A stretch of DNA of 64,000 nt from Halocafeteria seosinensis (GCA_001687465.1 LVLI01000170.1:1-64000); one strand, 5' to 3'. Counted from the first letter of the stretch, positions 14,229 through 27,360 are shown. The notes: a model not told the origin generated them from the sequence alone. Numbers and translations: made by a program.

Positions 14229-14622
14229 AGATGCATAGCACACGTTGCTCGTTCGCGTATTAATTACACTAGAATTGTACGTACGGCTGAGCATGAGATT
14301 ATTTTTCGTAGTAGTCTGAAACGGTTGTAACAAAGGTTGGCAATTGGGTCACCCAATTTCAATTTGGGTTGCTCGTCTCGGCTCAACTTCAAGGTGCTTC
14401 GAAAGAAAAGCGCGCGTCCACTCGGTCGCCAGGCTCTTTTGAGCCATTCAATACACAGTCTGCCGCATTGTACACGCCAGAAAGTGTGGTTGTCTTGCAT
14501 CTATTGTAGTAGGTGAAGGGTCTATCTGCTGGAAATTTGAGAAGATTCGCATCGGAGGCAAATTAGCGACCTCAGCCACAAGTTACGGTTGGGAAGTGCG
14601 TTAACACCGATATCCAGCTAAT

Positions 14623-15895
14623 ATGGATCTTAAGCGAGTAGAAGAGCACTGTACTGCGACAGGATCTGGCCGTACGCTCAATGTGGAAGAGCGTGCAGGC
14701 CTGGAAACTGCCATGGCGGAACGGCGGTTAGATGAACGTCTGGTAGACATCAAATTCTGGGGCAAAATCGACGGCTTAGAGAAGGACTATCTCATTGTTT
14801 ACGGGCTCAAGCGTTCCCAAGAGCATCCTCAGAAACAGCTTTACTTTTGGTACGTATTTTTACGCATATGTTTGCATCCCATTCCTCCCTAATGTGGCTC
14901 AGCGAGAAAGAAGGACGGACATTCCGTTAGCATAAGGGCTGGCCGAGTATCTCGTTTATCTTTGATTTCATCATCTATTGAGTTTAATGACACTGCCGCT
15001 TTGTTGTGGTTTCTTACAGCACGACAGGCAATTTCCAATTGCAACAGTTACCCGAATTAGACGAAGTAAGTAGCCTCTATACTCGAAGACGCCGTGGTAT
15101 AAGCATGTATTACGAAGTGCTTTACACTACTGCTTGCCTGCAGGAATATCGTAACAAGGCAAAAGCCATAAAAGGTCCATTTAAGGGAGACCCCACCGAC
15201 CTTTATGGGGAAGGTAAGTCAAGCAATAATTATGAACTAAAGGAACCTCATTACACACTACTGCTGCTGCAGAAGAAGAGGAGGAAGAAGGAGAAGAAGG
15301 GGAGGAGGAAGAAGAAGATGAAGAAAAGCCGCTTGAATCAAAATATCCTGATTCTGACGATGAAGACGAAGAAAACAAACAGAAACAAAAGAAGCCTAAG
15401 TTTTCTGAGATGCATAGGCTTTCATATGTCGTTGGGGTAAGTGCACTTGCTTCTGTTAGCCGTCATTGTCCATACACGTGTTACGGATCATCTGCACAGG
15501 CTATTGATTATTCAACGGCCGTGGTGCCTCGCGGAGCTTATATTGTTACGGCTACACACCACATTGTGGAGAATACGTCGTTCCAGGGGTTAACGTTGTC
15601 GGAAGCTGAGTCTCTCGGCAACTATTACCATTTTAGATATCCAGAGAATACTAAACGAAAATCGATTCTTGAGAAGAGAGGGATGGTGGAGAGCACAGAT
15701 TTCTTGGACCCCTTATCCGAAGACACTCCAAACGGGGTATGGTGCTTGCAGACAAATTTGAACCGCGGTCACGCTGTACTGCGTAGTCTGGAGTACCCTG
15801 GATACTTCTTTTTCCACACCATTGGTACCAAAGACTATGGCGGAGCATACTTCGGTGACGGCCAGCCCAACAAAGATTTGCCTTTCATGATTTAA
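14623..15895 (+). CDS. RSPH9: Radial spoke head protein 9 homolog, multi-exon
   Basis: IKFWGKIDGLEKDYLIVYG, TAVVPRGAY, FQGL, DFLDPLSEDTPNGVW, LRSLEYPGYFFFH, YFGDGQPNKDLPFMI. Confidence 0.92.
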
Positions 15896-15973
15896 AATAG
15901 AGAAAGGTAGAAAAGCAGACCCCTCCCCCCCTTCCGTCCATTATGAAAAAGTATGTCAATCTAACAGAAGTAC

Positions 15974-17357
15974 TTAAAATATAAAAATGTTATCGGCTGG
16001 GTAATACATGTCTCTCAACACATCATCGAAATGTCGGCAAAAGTCAATCGTACCACATATTCCGGCAAATATTTTACTGGAGGGTTCTGGCCACATGCTC
16101 GTGAGAAAATCTGCAGTTAAATGTCCCGTACTGCTCATGTATGTAACCGGGCTCTCCTCAGTGTTGAATGACGGAGGTGAGCTACCCTGTGTGAAAGCGC
16201 AACTGATGCGAAACCGCGCATCTGACTTCGCAACTTGCTCAAAGTGATCCAAAAGCATCGCTGACTCTCTAGATCTATGTATACAAAGTACGTACACCGG
16301 AATATCGCGGGTAGACGATCCGGATTGCAAAAACTCAAGTATTTGTAGCAACGGGGTAACACCACTTCCGCCTCCAACGAGGCAGATATGCGACGGGGTG
16401 TACACTTGAGTGCCAAACTTGACTGCATTTCGTCGCAGTTTCAAATCTCCGTATGGGCCGCTAACTTCCAGATGTTCCCCCACTTGTATATTTCGGATGC
16501 ATTTGGACATACCATCGCTTTCATCATATGTCTTAATAGCCAACTCGAAGTAGCCCTTCTCCCTCAACGGGCTCACTGGCGTATACTCGCGCGCCACCAC
16601 TTTCCCTCCCGGAGCGCGCACCAAAATATGCTTACCGGCGGATGACAAACCTAGTCGCTGATTCCGTTCGAGATCGAATCGGAGGAGGAAACACTTGCCG
16701 TCTTCGGATATCGTTTTCTTGCTGGCGCAAGTTACACATTGCCATTCTTTGTGACCACCGAGCAAAGAGGAAGGCGAGGTCTCGGAATCAGAACGTTCAC
16801 TAGATGCATCACTGGCATCGTCTGCTATTCCAGTAGCTGACCAAACATCTGCATCGTTGCTAGATAGCGTACCGATATAGCAACTGGACAGCAGCGTTTC
16901 GAAATTAACCCATCCATGCACTTCGTAAAACAGCTCAGTGGCATCCCGTCCGGCAGCACGCATTAACTCACCCTTGCCCCCGGGATGATATGGTAAAAAG
17001 GGAGTTATGTTGTAGACTTGGCCTTTAAGCACTGTCCAAGCGTCGTCGTAGGTTCGATGCTTGGCCACTTCCGATAGCGGTATCACTTTTCCCCGTTCTG
17101 CAGCTGGCAAACCCGATAGATTATCGTTCGATTGGACCAGTTTCATCCAATGCTGCGAGAAAGGAGGGAAAACTACACCAATGCACAGTATAAGTCTAAA
17201 ATATCATACGCATAAAGTGGCCACTTACCAGTTGGGAATAGCCTGGAGGCACGCCAGCGCCCTCCAAATTCCGTGCTAGAGGCGGTGCTTTTCCTGCACG
17301 AGTATCCTCTTCCTCCTCCATTTCCTCCTGGCGTTTCGTTGCATCACTAGAAGCCAT
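15974..17357 (-). CDS. Cytochrome b5 / cytochrome b5 reductase fusion (CYB5R4/NCB5OR-like, no CS domain), 2 exons
   Basis: N-terminal VPPGYSQLHWMKL motif, heme-binding YHPGG and EVHGWVN, FAD-binding REYTPVS, NAD(P)H-binding GGSGVTP, C-terminal CG...IFIF. Confidence 0.9.
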
Positions 17358-18540
17358 CAGCTTTGTCCTCGACCGTGCGTATGTATTGCCAAAACTGGCT
17401 GGCACTCTTATGCTGCCAAGGACGGAGGTGCGTAATATGGACCTACCGCTTGCTGGTGGTATTTTGAACCAAACCCAGATCAACTTAATGTGCAATAAAT
17501 GCACTTTATTGGAACTATTCGTTCCACTACACAATATTCAGTATTTCCGTGTACTACTAATGACGGCCTGGATTTGTCATGTCTACCTTCACATTGTCAG
17601 AGTACACTCAGAGTGTAACACTCGAGAGTCTCGGAGTCTAGACGTGTGTATTAGTATTGCTCCTACCGGAAGACGTGTATAGACCGCAGGTCGATACGGG
17701 TACTGGTGGCCAAAATCTGCGAGTCCAGGAAGTGTTGCATCGGGTGACTACAGTGACTATGATCTATGTGCCCGCAACAGTTCACTTCGTAATGTATATT
17801 CCTCGACCACTGGTATTTCATGTGGGCAAGATGAATCGTCACGAACGTCAAGAACGAAGCGCACATCGAATTCCCGGTAGGATAGGTATAATACCATATA
17901 TGATACACAAATATCCATCGGCTCACACCAACGGAGGTTAGAAATATGGGAAGATATCGGCAACAATCCCTTGAAAGCAGCGTCAGCTACGGTACATCGC
18001 ATGTAGCGCAATGTACCTGCTGATTGATAAAGTAATTTCCAAACGAGCTTTAAGGAATATCCCTCTATTTGTAAAGTGCTTTCATATGAGTGAACAACCA
18101 CTGAGCGGAAATAGATAGGACATCGTAGTAAATGCCGCTACTTATTGAAATAGGGGTATTTTCAGATTCTTCACCACGGTATATGCCGCTGTTTGCTCAA
18201 CTCCTCTGCGTCAAGTCTTGCTTGCGTTAGCATTCGGTTTTCGCTTCGTTCGTTGCCCTAAAACAGATACTCTTCCTAGCCCGAATGATCTCGCCTACTG
18301 TCCCATCAGTTAAGCTAGAAGAGTGCTAAGTATTGTTCTTCACGCTCTCAGCTGTCTAGAGGGCGAGTAGACAAGAGCGAGCGAGCTATCAATTTCAGCC
18401 CGTAGCAGCATTCTTTCTCCTGAATTTCCCTCGGGGTGCCTGTCCGGCATGTTCTAGTCATGGAGGTGCACTTGCGCCACCATTTCGTCACGTAGCTGCT
18501 ATAAGTGCAACAGGGCCAAGCAATGTCCCAGAGTAAACAC

Positions 18541-18989
18541 TCATGATGTTTCTAGAAGAACCGACGTGAAAGCATAGTCTCCATCGTGAGAAATCGACAC
18601 ATGGCTGCGTTCAATTCCACTCTCCGTGATCAGTCTGCGCGCTTCTCCACACCACTCAATGGACGGCTGAGGAGATGAATGGATCAGGATTTCAGGGAAG
18701 AGCAACCTCTCTTGGCCGTATGCTTTTAGTGCTGCTTCCTTGGCACTCCATCTGCGAAACGAAGAAGTAAGTGGCACTACATCACATTGCTTGGGACACT
18801 TCCTTCGCCTGTGCAGCAAGCTTACCGTCCTGCTAGATATAGAGGCTGTTTGACGTCATTCAGTGCTTTGAATGCTTCAATCTCTTGCTTGTGATACGCT
18901 CGATTTAGAAATCTGGCGCCAAAGCGCTGGTATACTCGCCAAATACGATTTATCTGAACTATATCGACTCCAATACCGTGAACAACCAT
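18541..18989 (-). CDS. AcpS-type holo-[acyl-carrier-protein] synthase (4'-phosphopantetheinyl transferase), 2 exons
   Basis: MVVHGIGVDIVQINRI...FLNRAYH...YLAGR|WSAKEAALKA...HVSISHDGDYA. Confidence 0.93.
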
Positions 18990-19365
18990 GTTCTACCCTA
19001 GCAACGCCTAACCCTGTAGCATATGCTCGTGCAACATGAACATGAATAAAGAGCAGTGAAATAAATACCGCCAGCTGGTGCAATGTATCATTCCTCAATG
19101 ACAGGAAAAACTATACAAGTGACTGTGAAGGTGCTGAGAGACAGGTTAGGCGGTCGTGCGCCACGCTCCGTGGTATGCCTTCAGCCATTTTATCCTCCAA
19201 ACCAATTTTGCACAGCACATGCAGGGCAACTACAGATTGACGTAGTACATGCATCACACAACTTGATACCGTACTGCGAAAGTCATACTCGTGGTTAGCC
19301 TCTACAACCCACAGTAGTAACCACGTTGAGAAATTACACCTGGTAATCAAACACCAGCTTGCCGG

Positions 19366-20781
19366 TTACGCTTCTTCGCCGCCGTGAACGTCTCGCAGAT
19401 GCCTGGTAAGATTGGCCTTAGCCGTGAACCCACGCTCGCATTTTGGACATTTATGTCGCCTCTGCCCCAAATGAGTTGCATAGTGGTCATCACGTGAGGA
19501 CGGATGCGCGAATTTCCTATCGCAGCCCGGCCAGTCGCATTGGTATCGCTTTTCTCCCGTATGAATCCTTTCATGAGATCGTAAGTTCGAGCTATGAGCA
19601 AACTTTTTACCGCATTGTTTGCAAGAAAGTGGTTTCTCTCCCGTATGGGTCCGAGCATGACTAATCAGATCTGAACGTGACTTGAACGTTTTTTCACAGT
19701 CTTCACAGACAAAACGACCATCTGCTCGTGGTTCGGACCGACGAATCCTATCTTCGTTGGTCTTATTTTCGCCCGTCTGTGGGTCTATTACCAGATATGC
19801 ACTTGGGGTAGTCTTAGCCTGTTTCTTGGCTGGGTGAGCAGCTTCTTGTCGTTTACGTGGGCGCTTCTTACTCTTGGGATCAGTAGCGCCGTTGACCTGG
19901 CCAGTCGGTTCGCCGAAAGCGACTTGCCCGCCGCCTGTTTCTTGAGGTTCACCTATGATAGTTGGAGACTCTTGATATCCTCCCTGGAACAGCTCAGAGC
20001 TGTGTGATTGCCCAGAGGTCTGCCGCCACGCAGGAAACTGATTAACATTAGCTTCATACGTATTCCATTCCACGGGAAATTGAGTAGAATGCTCTTTCGA
20101 ATTTTCTAAACTAAACGAATGCGATCCAATGGCATTCAAGTAATCATACGTAGGAATTGGTGCCTGTCCCATGAAATTTTGATCGGGTAACGAAGTCGAA
20201 GATGATATAGCGGAGAAGGAGTGGTGTTGTTGTCCGTCCGAGCTCACATTGTGCATGTCCCTTGCTGTAAGCCCCAGCATCGAAAAGCCAGAACCGGAAC
20301 CACTATGCAAAGAAGAGAAGCCACCATCTTTCTGCGGTCGCATTGTCGGAGATATATGGCTTGGTAAAGGTGCATATCCGGGGTACGCTTCAGGATAAGA
20401 CCCCGAAGAAGAGCTCGTATCATGCTGCGATCTCCGACTGCTATGCAAGACGTTCAAACTTCCGCTTCCTGATCCTGAAACCGATCCTGATCCGAGAGAA
20501 TCAAATGCTGTAGAGGGTACCATATCGTTGGTCATTTGTAAGTGGGTGTTCTGGTAGCTTTCCTCCATAAAATTCTCTGCATCGTTCTCCGGAAATCGCT
20601 CAGCGCTACAGACTTGGCATTGGTACACATCCAGGGCGTTTGGCATTCCACATCTGCAATACCATTTCCCTGGTTCTTTATCTACGCTTTGTCCAATTAG
20701 AGTGCCTGAGCCCGGTCCACTGTTGATACTGGACGTTGACTGCGAGAGCCTTGAGGCTGTGTACAAAGCAAACGATTGCAT
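19366..20781 (-). CDS. C2H2 zinc-finger transcription factor with N-terminal RanBP2-type finger
   Basis: Four C2H2 fingers with TGEKP/TGEKR linkers at the C-terminus, basic NLS-like KKRPRKR, N-terminal WYCRCGMPNALDVYQCQVC. Confidence 0.9.
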   Translation of the reverse strand: MQSFALYTASRLSQSTSSINSGPGSGTLIGQSVDKEPGKWYCRCGMPNALDVYQCQVCSAERFPENDAENFMEESYQNTHLQMTNDMVPSTAFDSLGSGSVSGSGSGSLNVLHSSRRSQHDTSSSSGSYPEAYPGYAPLPSHISPTMRPQKDGGFSSLHSGSGSGFSMLGLTARDMHNVSSDGQQHHSFSAISSSTSLPDQNFMGQAPIPTYDYLNAIGSHSFSLENSKEHSTQFPVEWNTYEANVNQFPAWRQTSGQSHSSELFQGGYQESPTIIGEPQETGGGQVAFGEPTGQVNGATDPKSKKRPRKRQEAAHPAKKQAKTTPSAYLVIDPQTGENKTNEDRIRRSEPRADGRFVCEDCEKTFKSRSDLISHARTHTGEKPLSCKQCGKKFAHSSNLRSHERIHTGEKRYQCDWPGCDRKFAHPSSRDDHYATHLGQRRHKCPKCERGFTAKANLTRHLRDVHGGEEA

Positions 20782-22000
20782 CGTGTATGTGCGTCAAGTC
20801 CGTACAAGCCCAACCGACAACAATCTACTTACAACTGCTAGAGAATGCAATGCCGAACGAAGTTAGCGTCGTCATTTCCCGTGTATTCGTGTAGTGAAGC
20901 AATGTGGCATCAGTCAGAGCGAGTCCTGTTCTGCTTGTCGGTACTATTCAATTGCCTTAGCTGAGCTTTTATTACCCCAGTCACACCTTTGAGTACACCC
21001 AAAAGTACGCATACACGACTACTTTAACCAGCAAATACTGTCAAGAGATCAATTTTTCGGTCTGAACTCCGAAAACCAGAGATAGTGTATGTCAAATACC
21101 CACCCGAGAGCTCGTATTGAAGGTTCCCCAGTGCAAATGCAGACAAGTGTCAATGTTTCAACAGCCAAAATGAATCTTTCTCTCGATGAGTTTCCTTCAT
21201 CCACGCTCCTCCTCTGTTTTCTTGAGCACACACATAACAACACGTGGAACAGTAGAGACTAGACGGTCTAGCCCGGCGACTTGAAGTTGCTTATACCCAC
21301 TGGTATTACCCAGGCTCGGTTCATCGAACCCATATGGGGGGATGCAGATAAGGTGAGGGCTTAAAATAGGTAAGCATGATACATCTATGTTGTATGATGG
21401 AACTGTTTGTGCGCAGCTCAGCTGAATGATGTATGGACATTCACTCGCTACCAACTGTACTGCTCGCTGACTCGCGACGCTGAGAGACGGTCAATCCCGA
21501 GATGCGAAGCTACTGTGGAAGTCTTGCTTGATTTCCTCGACCTCGCAGCATCCGCTCCCGCAGATATAAGGGGATTAAAAGAGAGAGATGGAGAACCTCT
21601 TAATTCCAAGCAAAAGCATTGGACAATCGTTAATGTGTTACGGTTACATACCATATGGTACTACAGCCGGGTGGTGGTCTCCTGCACCTTCAAAAAAATT
21701 TCGCAGACATAAACCAGCACGGTTCTCATTGATTCAATCGTATTCTGAAGGTCCAGGAAACTCGTTCAATCATGGGCTTCACTGCCAGACAGGCAGTGCC
21801 AGTTGACCGAATGAGGTTGTGTGACAACTTGTGTCACAACCGTTGTAATTCAACTTGTGAACTTATCTTGCCTGTGAAGGAAGTCTGACACCACAACTCA
21901 AGACAAAGCAGTAGCTTTCCTATAAGTTAGTTTGAACATAAGTGTAGGGAAAATAGAAAAGATTTCCTATCTTGCTTTTCATCAGCCGGGCTAGTTACCT

Positions 22001-23685
22001 ATGTTTCTGAGGCTTGCAAAGTTTGCCCAACGTAGTTTGAAGTTCAATCCACGGGTTCGCAGTGAATTATATTGCCTACTTCCCAAGCTCTTATCCTCGG
22101 GAGCGTATAGTCAGGCCTGCTTTAGTGCAAAGGCACAGGACATAGAAATGGCAGACATCGTGGAGGCCGACGAGGAAGGCTTAATGAAGGCCGCAAGCCA
22201 CCTTCAGAAAGGAGGCTGCGTGGCGTTCCCAACAGGTAAGTCCTCATGTCGTTTGGGATACAGAGCGTTTAAAAGGACTTCCCGGTGCAGAAACCGTATA
22301 TGGACTAGGGGCTGACGCGCGCAATGAGCAGGCTTTATTGAATATCTTCAAATTCAAGGAGCGGCCTCTGTCTGACCCACTCATAGTCCACCTACTCTCG
22401 GCCGAGAATTCACATGAGATTGTAGCTACGGATGAAAAGGTATGTGGGGTTACGTTGCCGTTACAATGTTTCGAGGAAGCTAAATGAATCTGCCGGGTTG
22501 TTGTTCTGGACGCATCAGACGGCTCCTATCTTCGATGCGTTAGCACGTCGCTTTTGGCCTGGACCACTGACTATCATACTCCCTGCTCGCGAGACGATGC
22601 CATCACAGGGTACGTTGAGGATCTCAACGCAAGCGGTCTCTCATATATTACCAATAAAAAATGATATCTTATATTGATTCCCTTGCAGTTTCTGCTGGAA
22701 CTGGATTTATAGGAGTACGGTGTCCGGAGCATCCGATCGCTCGACAGCTGTTAGAGAAGGTACGTAGTACGTACCTTTGAAGTGTGCATGCAACTTCACC
22801 CCATTGAAGTTTCTCCCATCACAGGCAAACCTCCCTATCGCTGCTCCTTCCGCTAATAAATTTGGGCATGTAAGCCCCACTACTGCTGGTCATGTGTACA
22901 ATGACCTAAGTGATTGCCCGATCATTATCGTGAAAGGGGAAAACGATACGACTGAGGGTCATGTGACTTGTTCAGTCGGTATAGAGTCTACCGTTATAAA
23001 GATATCAACTTCAGGCAATGTTGTAGAAATCCTGCGTTCAGGAGGTACTTCTGCTGTTTCATTACTTAGAGCGTTAAGCGAAGAGGGGCTGACAACAGTG
23101 CGCGTGGTAGAGGGTGGTACTTCCGCAGCGAGCAAGACTCAGCCTACCGGTAGCGGTGCCTCTCAACAATCAACCCATGGAAATGCAGATGACGAATTGC
23201 AGCGGCATGAATCCCCTGGACAACTACTGCGTCACTACGCTCCCAATGTAACCACGTTCTTGTTGCCCCCGCGGCAAGCCCTTCCGGCACAAAATACGGA
23301 AAATTGTTCCCTACCTGAACCGAAGAAAATACTAGAAAAATCTGCCCTGATTGACTTTGCAGGTGCCTACTGCGAGTTAAAAAACCATTTAGGATACTAC
23401 ACTGATTTATCGCCGGAAGGAGATATAGTGATAGCCCGGCAAAGAGTTTACAGCTCACTCCGGGAAGCTGAACAAATTCCTGGGATCACTACGGTTCTGG
23501 TTTCATTACCAAATGTGGGAGAAAATACGAATACTTATGGCAGTCCAAAAATCAATATAGAACATACAGATTCTTTGAGAGACAGACTGTTTCGAGCTGC
23601 CTCAGGTAGGTATCTGGCCCCAAAAGATGAGGACCAGGGAGAGATATGGTCAGCTGTAATGGCAACGTGTCTGTCACAAAGTTAA
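22001..23685 (+). CDS. SUA5: Threonylcarbamoyl-AMP synthase (Sua5/YrdC plus SUA5 domain), multi-exon
   Basis: VAFPTETVYGLGADA, KERPLSDPLIVH, FWPGPLTII, IAAPSANKFGHVSPT, GIESTV, SPGQLLRHYAP, DRLFRAA. The N-terminal extension resembles a mitochondrial presequence; a second ATG is at 22148. Confidence 0.95.
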
Positions 23686-24057
23686 TCAACAACAAACGCT
23701 CTCTTGTCTCTGAGAGTATCTAGTGATCTAACTACGTGAAACAAATTTCTTTCTAGTATTTCATTTTCTAATCACGAATCGGTTCGTTAAGTCGCAGCCG
23801 CATCAGCTTCGTCGCAACCGGTTGGAACTTAAGCCGTTGACCTTTCCAAGAAGACTACCGTAAGAAATCATTCAGTCATTTTAGTTGGTCATTGTCATTT
23901 GATCGATGTCGTTAAACACCAAGCTATCGGGTCGTAGTATAGTTTATCGAGTTACACACGATACTGAAGGTGGTTTGTTTTAACGGACGACCCGGACGCG
24001 CCATAAACGCAATTGTCTGTCCGATTTTAAGCCATACACACGACTCATATAGTGACA

Positions 24058-26217
24058 ATGGGAGACTCAGAAGAACCTCCTACCCCTCTTCCTTTGGTTC
24101 TAACTCCTGAAGATTGCGCTGATGGATTATATGAAATGTAAGAAGTCGCCGGTGGTGCTCTGTCGCAACTGATGGTGTAGATGTTGAATTCTCACCGCAG
24201 AAAGCGCACTCTTGATGGAAATGGATACGCTTATTGTAAACTAGTACTTTCAGAACGGCAGCTTACGTCGTTGGGAGATGGAAGCAAGGTACATAGTCTT
24301 GCGTCCCTGTAGCGCGGACTGCGGAATGCGTTGTTCACGCACGCTCTTCGAAAAATTACAGCCACATGATACAAAAAGAGGGAATGCCTTAGAACAATTC
24401 AAGCACATTCAATATCTTGACTTGTCCAAGAACTACCTTCAGGACTTTCGCGCTATCGCTTCCATGCCCTCTTTACTTGCGGTAAACTTGAGGTACGTTC
24501 TTTCAACGGTGGAAACTCGCTAGTGGCAAATAAGATGAATTCCTCTCTGTTGGAGACGCTTTCGCAGCAAGAATGACATTGTAACAGTGTGCGACTTGAG
24601 TGAATGTCAGCACCTTCAGGTACTTAACCTTAATGAGAACTCTTTGAAGAGTTTCAAAGTTGGCCCTCCGCCTCCTGGCCCTCCTTCACCCGAGCAGTTG
24701 GAACATTATCGCAAGCTTGCGAAAAAAGGTGGGTCGCATCTGATTTGTTTTCGCATTGCTTGTAGTAGCATATATAATATCCTTCTGTTGGTTTTCACGT
24801 CTCAGAAGCCCGCCAACGCACGCAGCAGAAGCAAGCCCCTTTGGATGAAAAAGAAATTCTGAAAGAAGTCATTCAGTACGTTTAACGTTATACGTTTTGA
24901 TACAATACAGTACTTCCCATATTATATCCGTTGTTCAACATGGTATCTTTGCAGAAGAGAGGAGGAAAAGATTAAACAGAAGGAAGAAGAAAAGGCAGCC
25001 GAAGACCCGGAACACCAGCAAGCACTTGAGAGATGGAAACGCCTAGTGGACCCAGAAACGGGCTTCAAAGCTCCTAGCCTACTACACCTTATTGTAAATC
25101 GTACGATGCAGATTTTACGAAGCATTTGGGATACTGCGGCAAAGACGCTCAAACTGTTGTGCAGATAATTTTCTTACTTCCCTCGAAGGACTAGACGGCC
25201 TTCCATCGTTGATGAGATTCGAAGCAGCTGCAAATCGTCTCACTTCTACTTCTACCATTGCAAGCAATGAGAGTCTTCCCAAGTTAAGGGAACTTATACT
25301 GGTAAGTAAAACTCACCGTAGAAGCAGCCGAGCTCGTCGTAACCACCGTATCTTTTCAGCCTGCCAACCCCATAACGGATCTCTCCGGGTTACACTCCTT
25401 TGCGAATCTGCAAGTCCTCAATCTTGACAAGTGTAAGATCTCTTCTTTGAGACCCCTTATCACGGGACGCCCTGATCCTAAAAAGAAAGAGAGCACAAAA
25501 GAGGAGGGGGAAGAGGAAGAAAATGCGGAAGGAGAGGAGGCCGAAGAGAAACAAGAACAGGAAGCCCCTGAGGATGAAGGAGAAGGGGAGCATGTACCTG
25601 AAGTCCAAGATGGTGATGGTGTTCATTTTGGAAGATGGGAGGACGACGAACACGGTCGCTGGATTCCTGAAGAGAGAGAAGAGATGGTCAAGGAACTAGA
25701 GCTCGATAGCGAGGACGAAGAGGATAGAGAGGAAGAAAAGGAAGAGGATGCTTCCAAAGGATTGATGTCCCATCCGCTCTCTCAACTACGCGTATTGAGC
25801 CTGAGGGGTAACCCCATTGAGAAACTGGTAGAAATAAACAGACTCAGGTATCTGAGAGGCCTTGTAGCAGTTGATATCAGGGATACTCCTATTGTCGAAG
25901 AGCTAGGCGAAGAGGAATCGATAACGGAAGTCCAAATCCGTCTTGGAGGCCATCGAGGACAACGGATACGTGTGCCATCACAGCGAGGATACATGGGACT
26001 TCCAGAAGGAGCTGCAATACTCCATCGGGTCAACGGAAAAGAGATCACAAGCGAAGATGTTGACAATGCGCGCCAAGAGCGGGCAAAAAGAGTGAAGACG
26101 TTCCGTGAACAGTGGCTCCAACGCGAAAAGGATCGAGCTGAAGCGGAAAGGCAGAAAAGGGAGCAAGAAGCAGCTGGAGAAGAGGAAGGGGGTGGTGAAG
26201 ATGAAGATGAAGACTAA
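24058..26217 (+). CDS. Leucine-rich repeat protein, LRRC23/LRGUK-like (axonemal), multi-exon
   Basis: N-terminus LTPEDCADGLYEIKRTLDGNGYAYCKLVLSERQLT resembles LRRC23. SDS22-type LRRs (IQYLDLSKNYL, LQVLNLNENSL, LRVLSLRGNPI) and LRRcap-like LHRVNGKEIT. Confidence 0.75.
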
Positions 26218-26229
26218 CCCAAAGACCGA

Positions 26230-27360
26230 TCAACTACTGGCGCCCTTGAACGATGCTATTTCTCCTTCTTCCATTCCCAGAATCTCATTAAGAGTCTTAT
26301 GGGTTTTGAAAAACGCCGGATGCGATTCAAAAGAATCATCGGAAGCACTGGTCTGGGTCTTTTCGGGAGGAGTCGCTGCACTATTGGCCTTCACCTCAGC
26401 CGCATTCTTGGCTCTTAGTGCCTGTCTCTTCTTCCGCCTTTTATCACGTTCCTTATTGTGGCTGAATATGTACTGATAATTCTCGTTAGTTACGCGGCTG
26501 CTTTCAAGCACGCAACAGAAACACAAATGAAACAACAACAAAAAAGAGGCTGATGCATCCTGACAACGTACTCTTTCAATAGAAGGAAGTAAACTCCACC
26601 TTTTGTCCGTTTCCTGGTCCCATTCTCAACAAACATTCCTCCTTGGCCCTGCACCTAGCGCGTACATACCAACAATCTGGTGTGCTGCAAATCGGAAAGC
26701 AAACGAAATCATACCTGTATCTTAAGCGTCTCTTGTAACAATTCCTTGGCGACTTCGGCCCCAAGAACTTCGACCGATTTTTGAACTGCAGGCCGGTTTT
26801 TCTCCTCCAGTTTGGAAGCAATGTACAACGTGCACTGAGTGGCATCATGATCAAGGAATACAGCACACCAAACATAAAATAGCATATTGTCCGCCTAGAA
26901 CGCGAGGCCGACGTACTTCTCGAAGTTGCTTCTTATTCTTAGCATTGGCTTCTTCCCGTCCACGTTTCCTCTTTTTCTTCTGGGTCGGTTGGATTCTCCT
27001 TTTCTCTTTATTCTCATCGACAGCCCCATTGGAGGCGCTGGTGGGAACAGCTCCTGTACTCGTTGTAGTAGTGGTGCTGGATATCCCTTCCGTAGCTGTG
27101 GAAGTTGCTTTATTCTTTGGCTTCCTCCGCCGCTTCTTAGCTTTAAACCGGGATTTCTTGCCATCAGTGGTATTTGCCGTAGTCGAGGCAGTGACCGTAC
27201 CGGGAGACGACGATGACACTATCGAAGGCGACGGCATGGACTCGGACAACTCTGACAAAGAAGGACCTGAAGCATCAGTCATGGTATGGTCGAGTTCAGC
27301 CATTAATTCATTCGTCCATTCCTCGCCTCCCGAAGCATACGGACCGTATTCCAGCTCCAT
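26230..27360 (-). CDS. PHAX: Phosphorylated adaptor for RNA export (PHAX) RNA-binding domain protein, multi-exon
   Basis: Spliced exons give IASKLEEKNRPAVQKSVEVLGAEVAKELLQETLKIQ...GGMFVENGTRKRTKGGVYFLLLK, the RNA_GG_bind signature. Confidence 0.85.
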
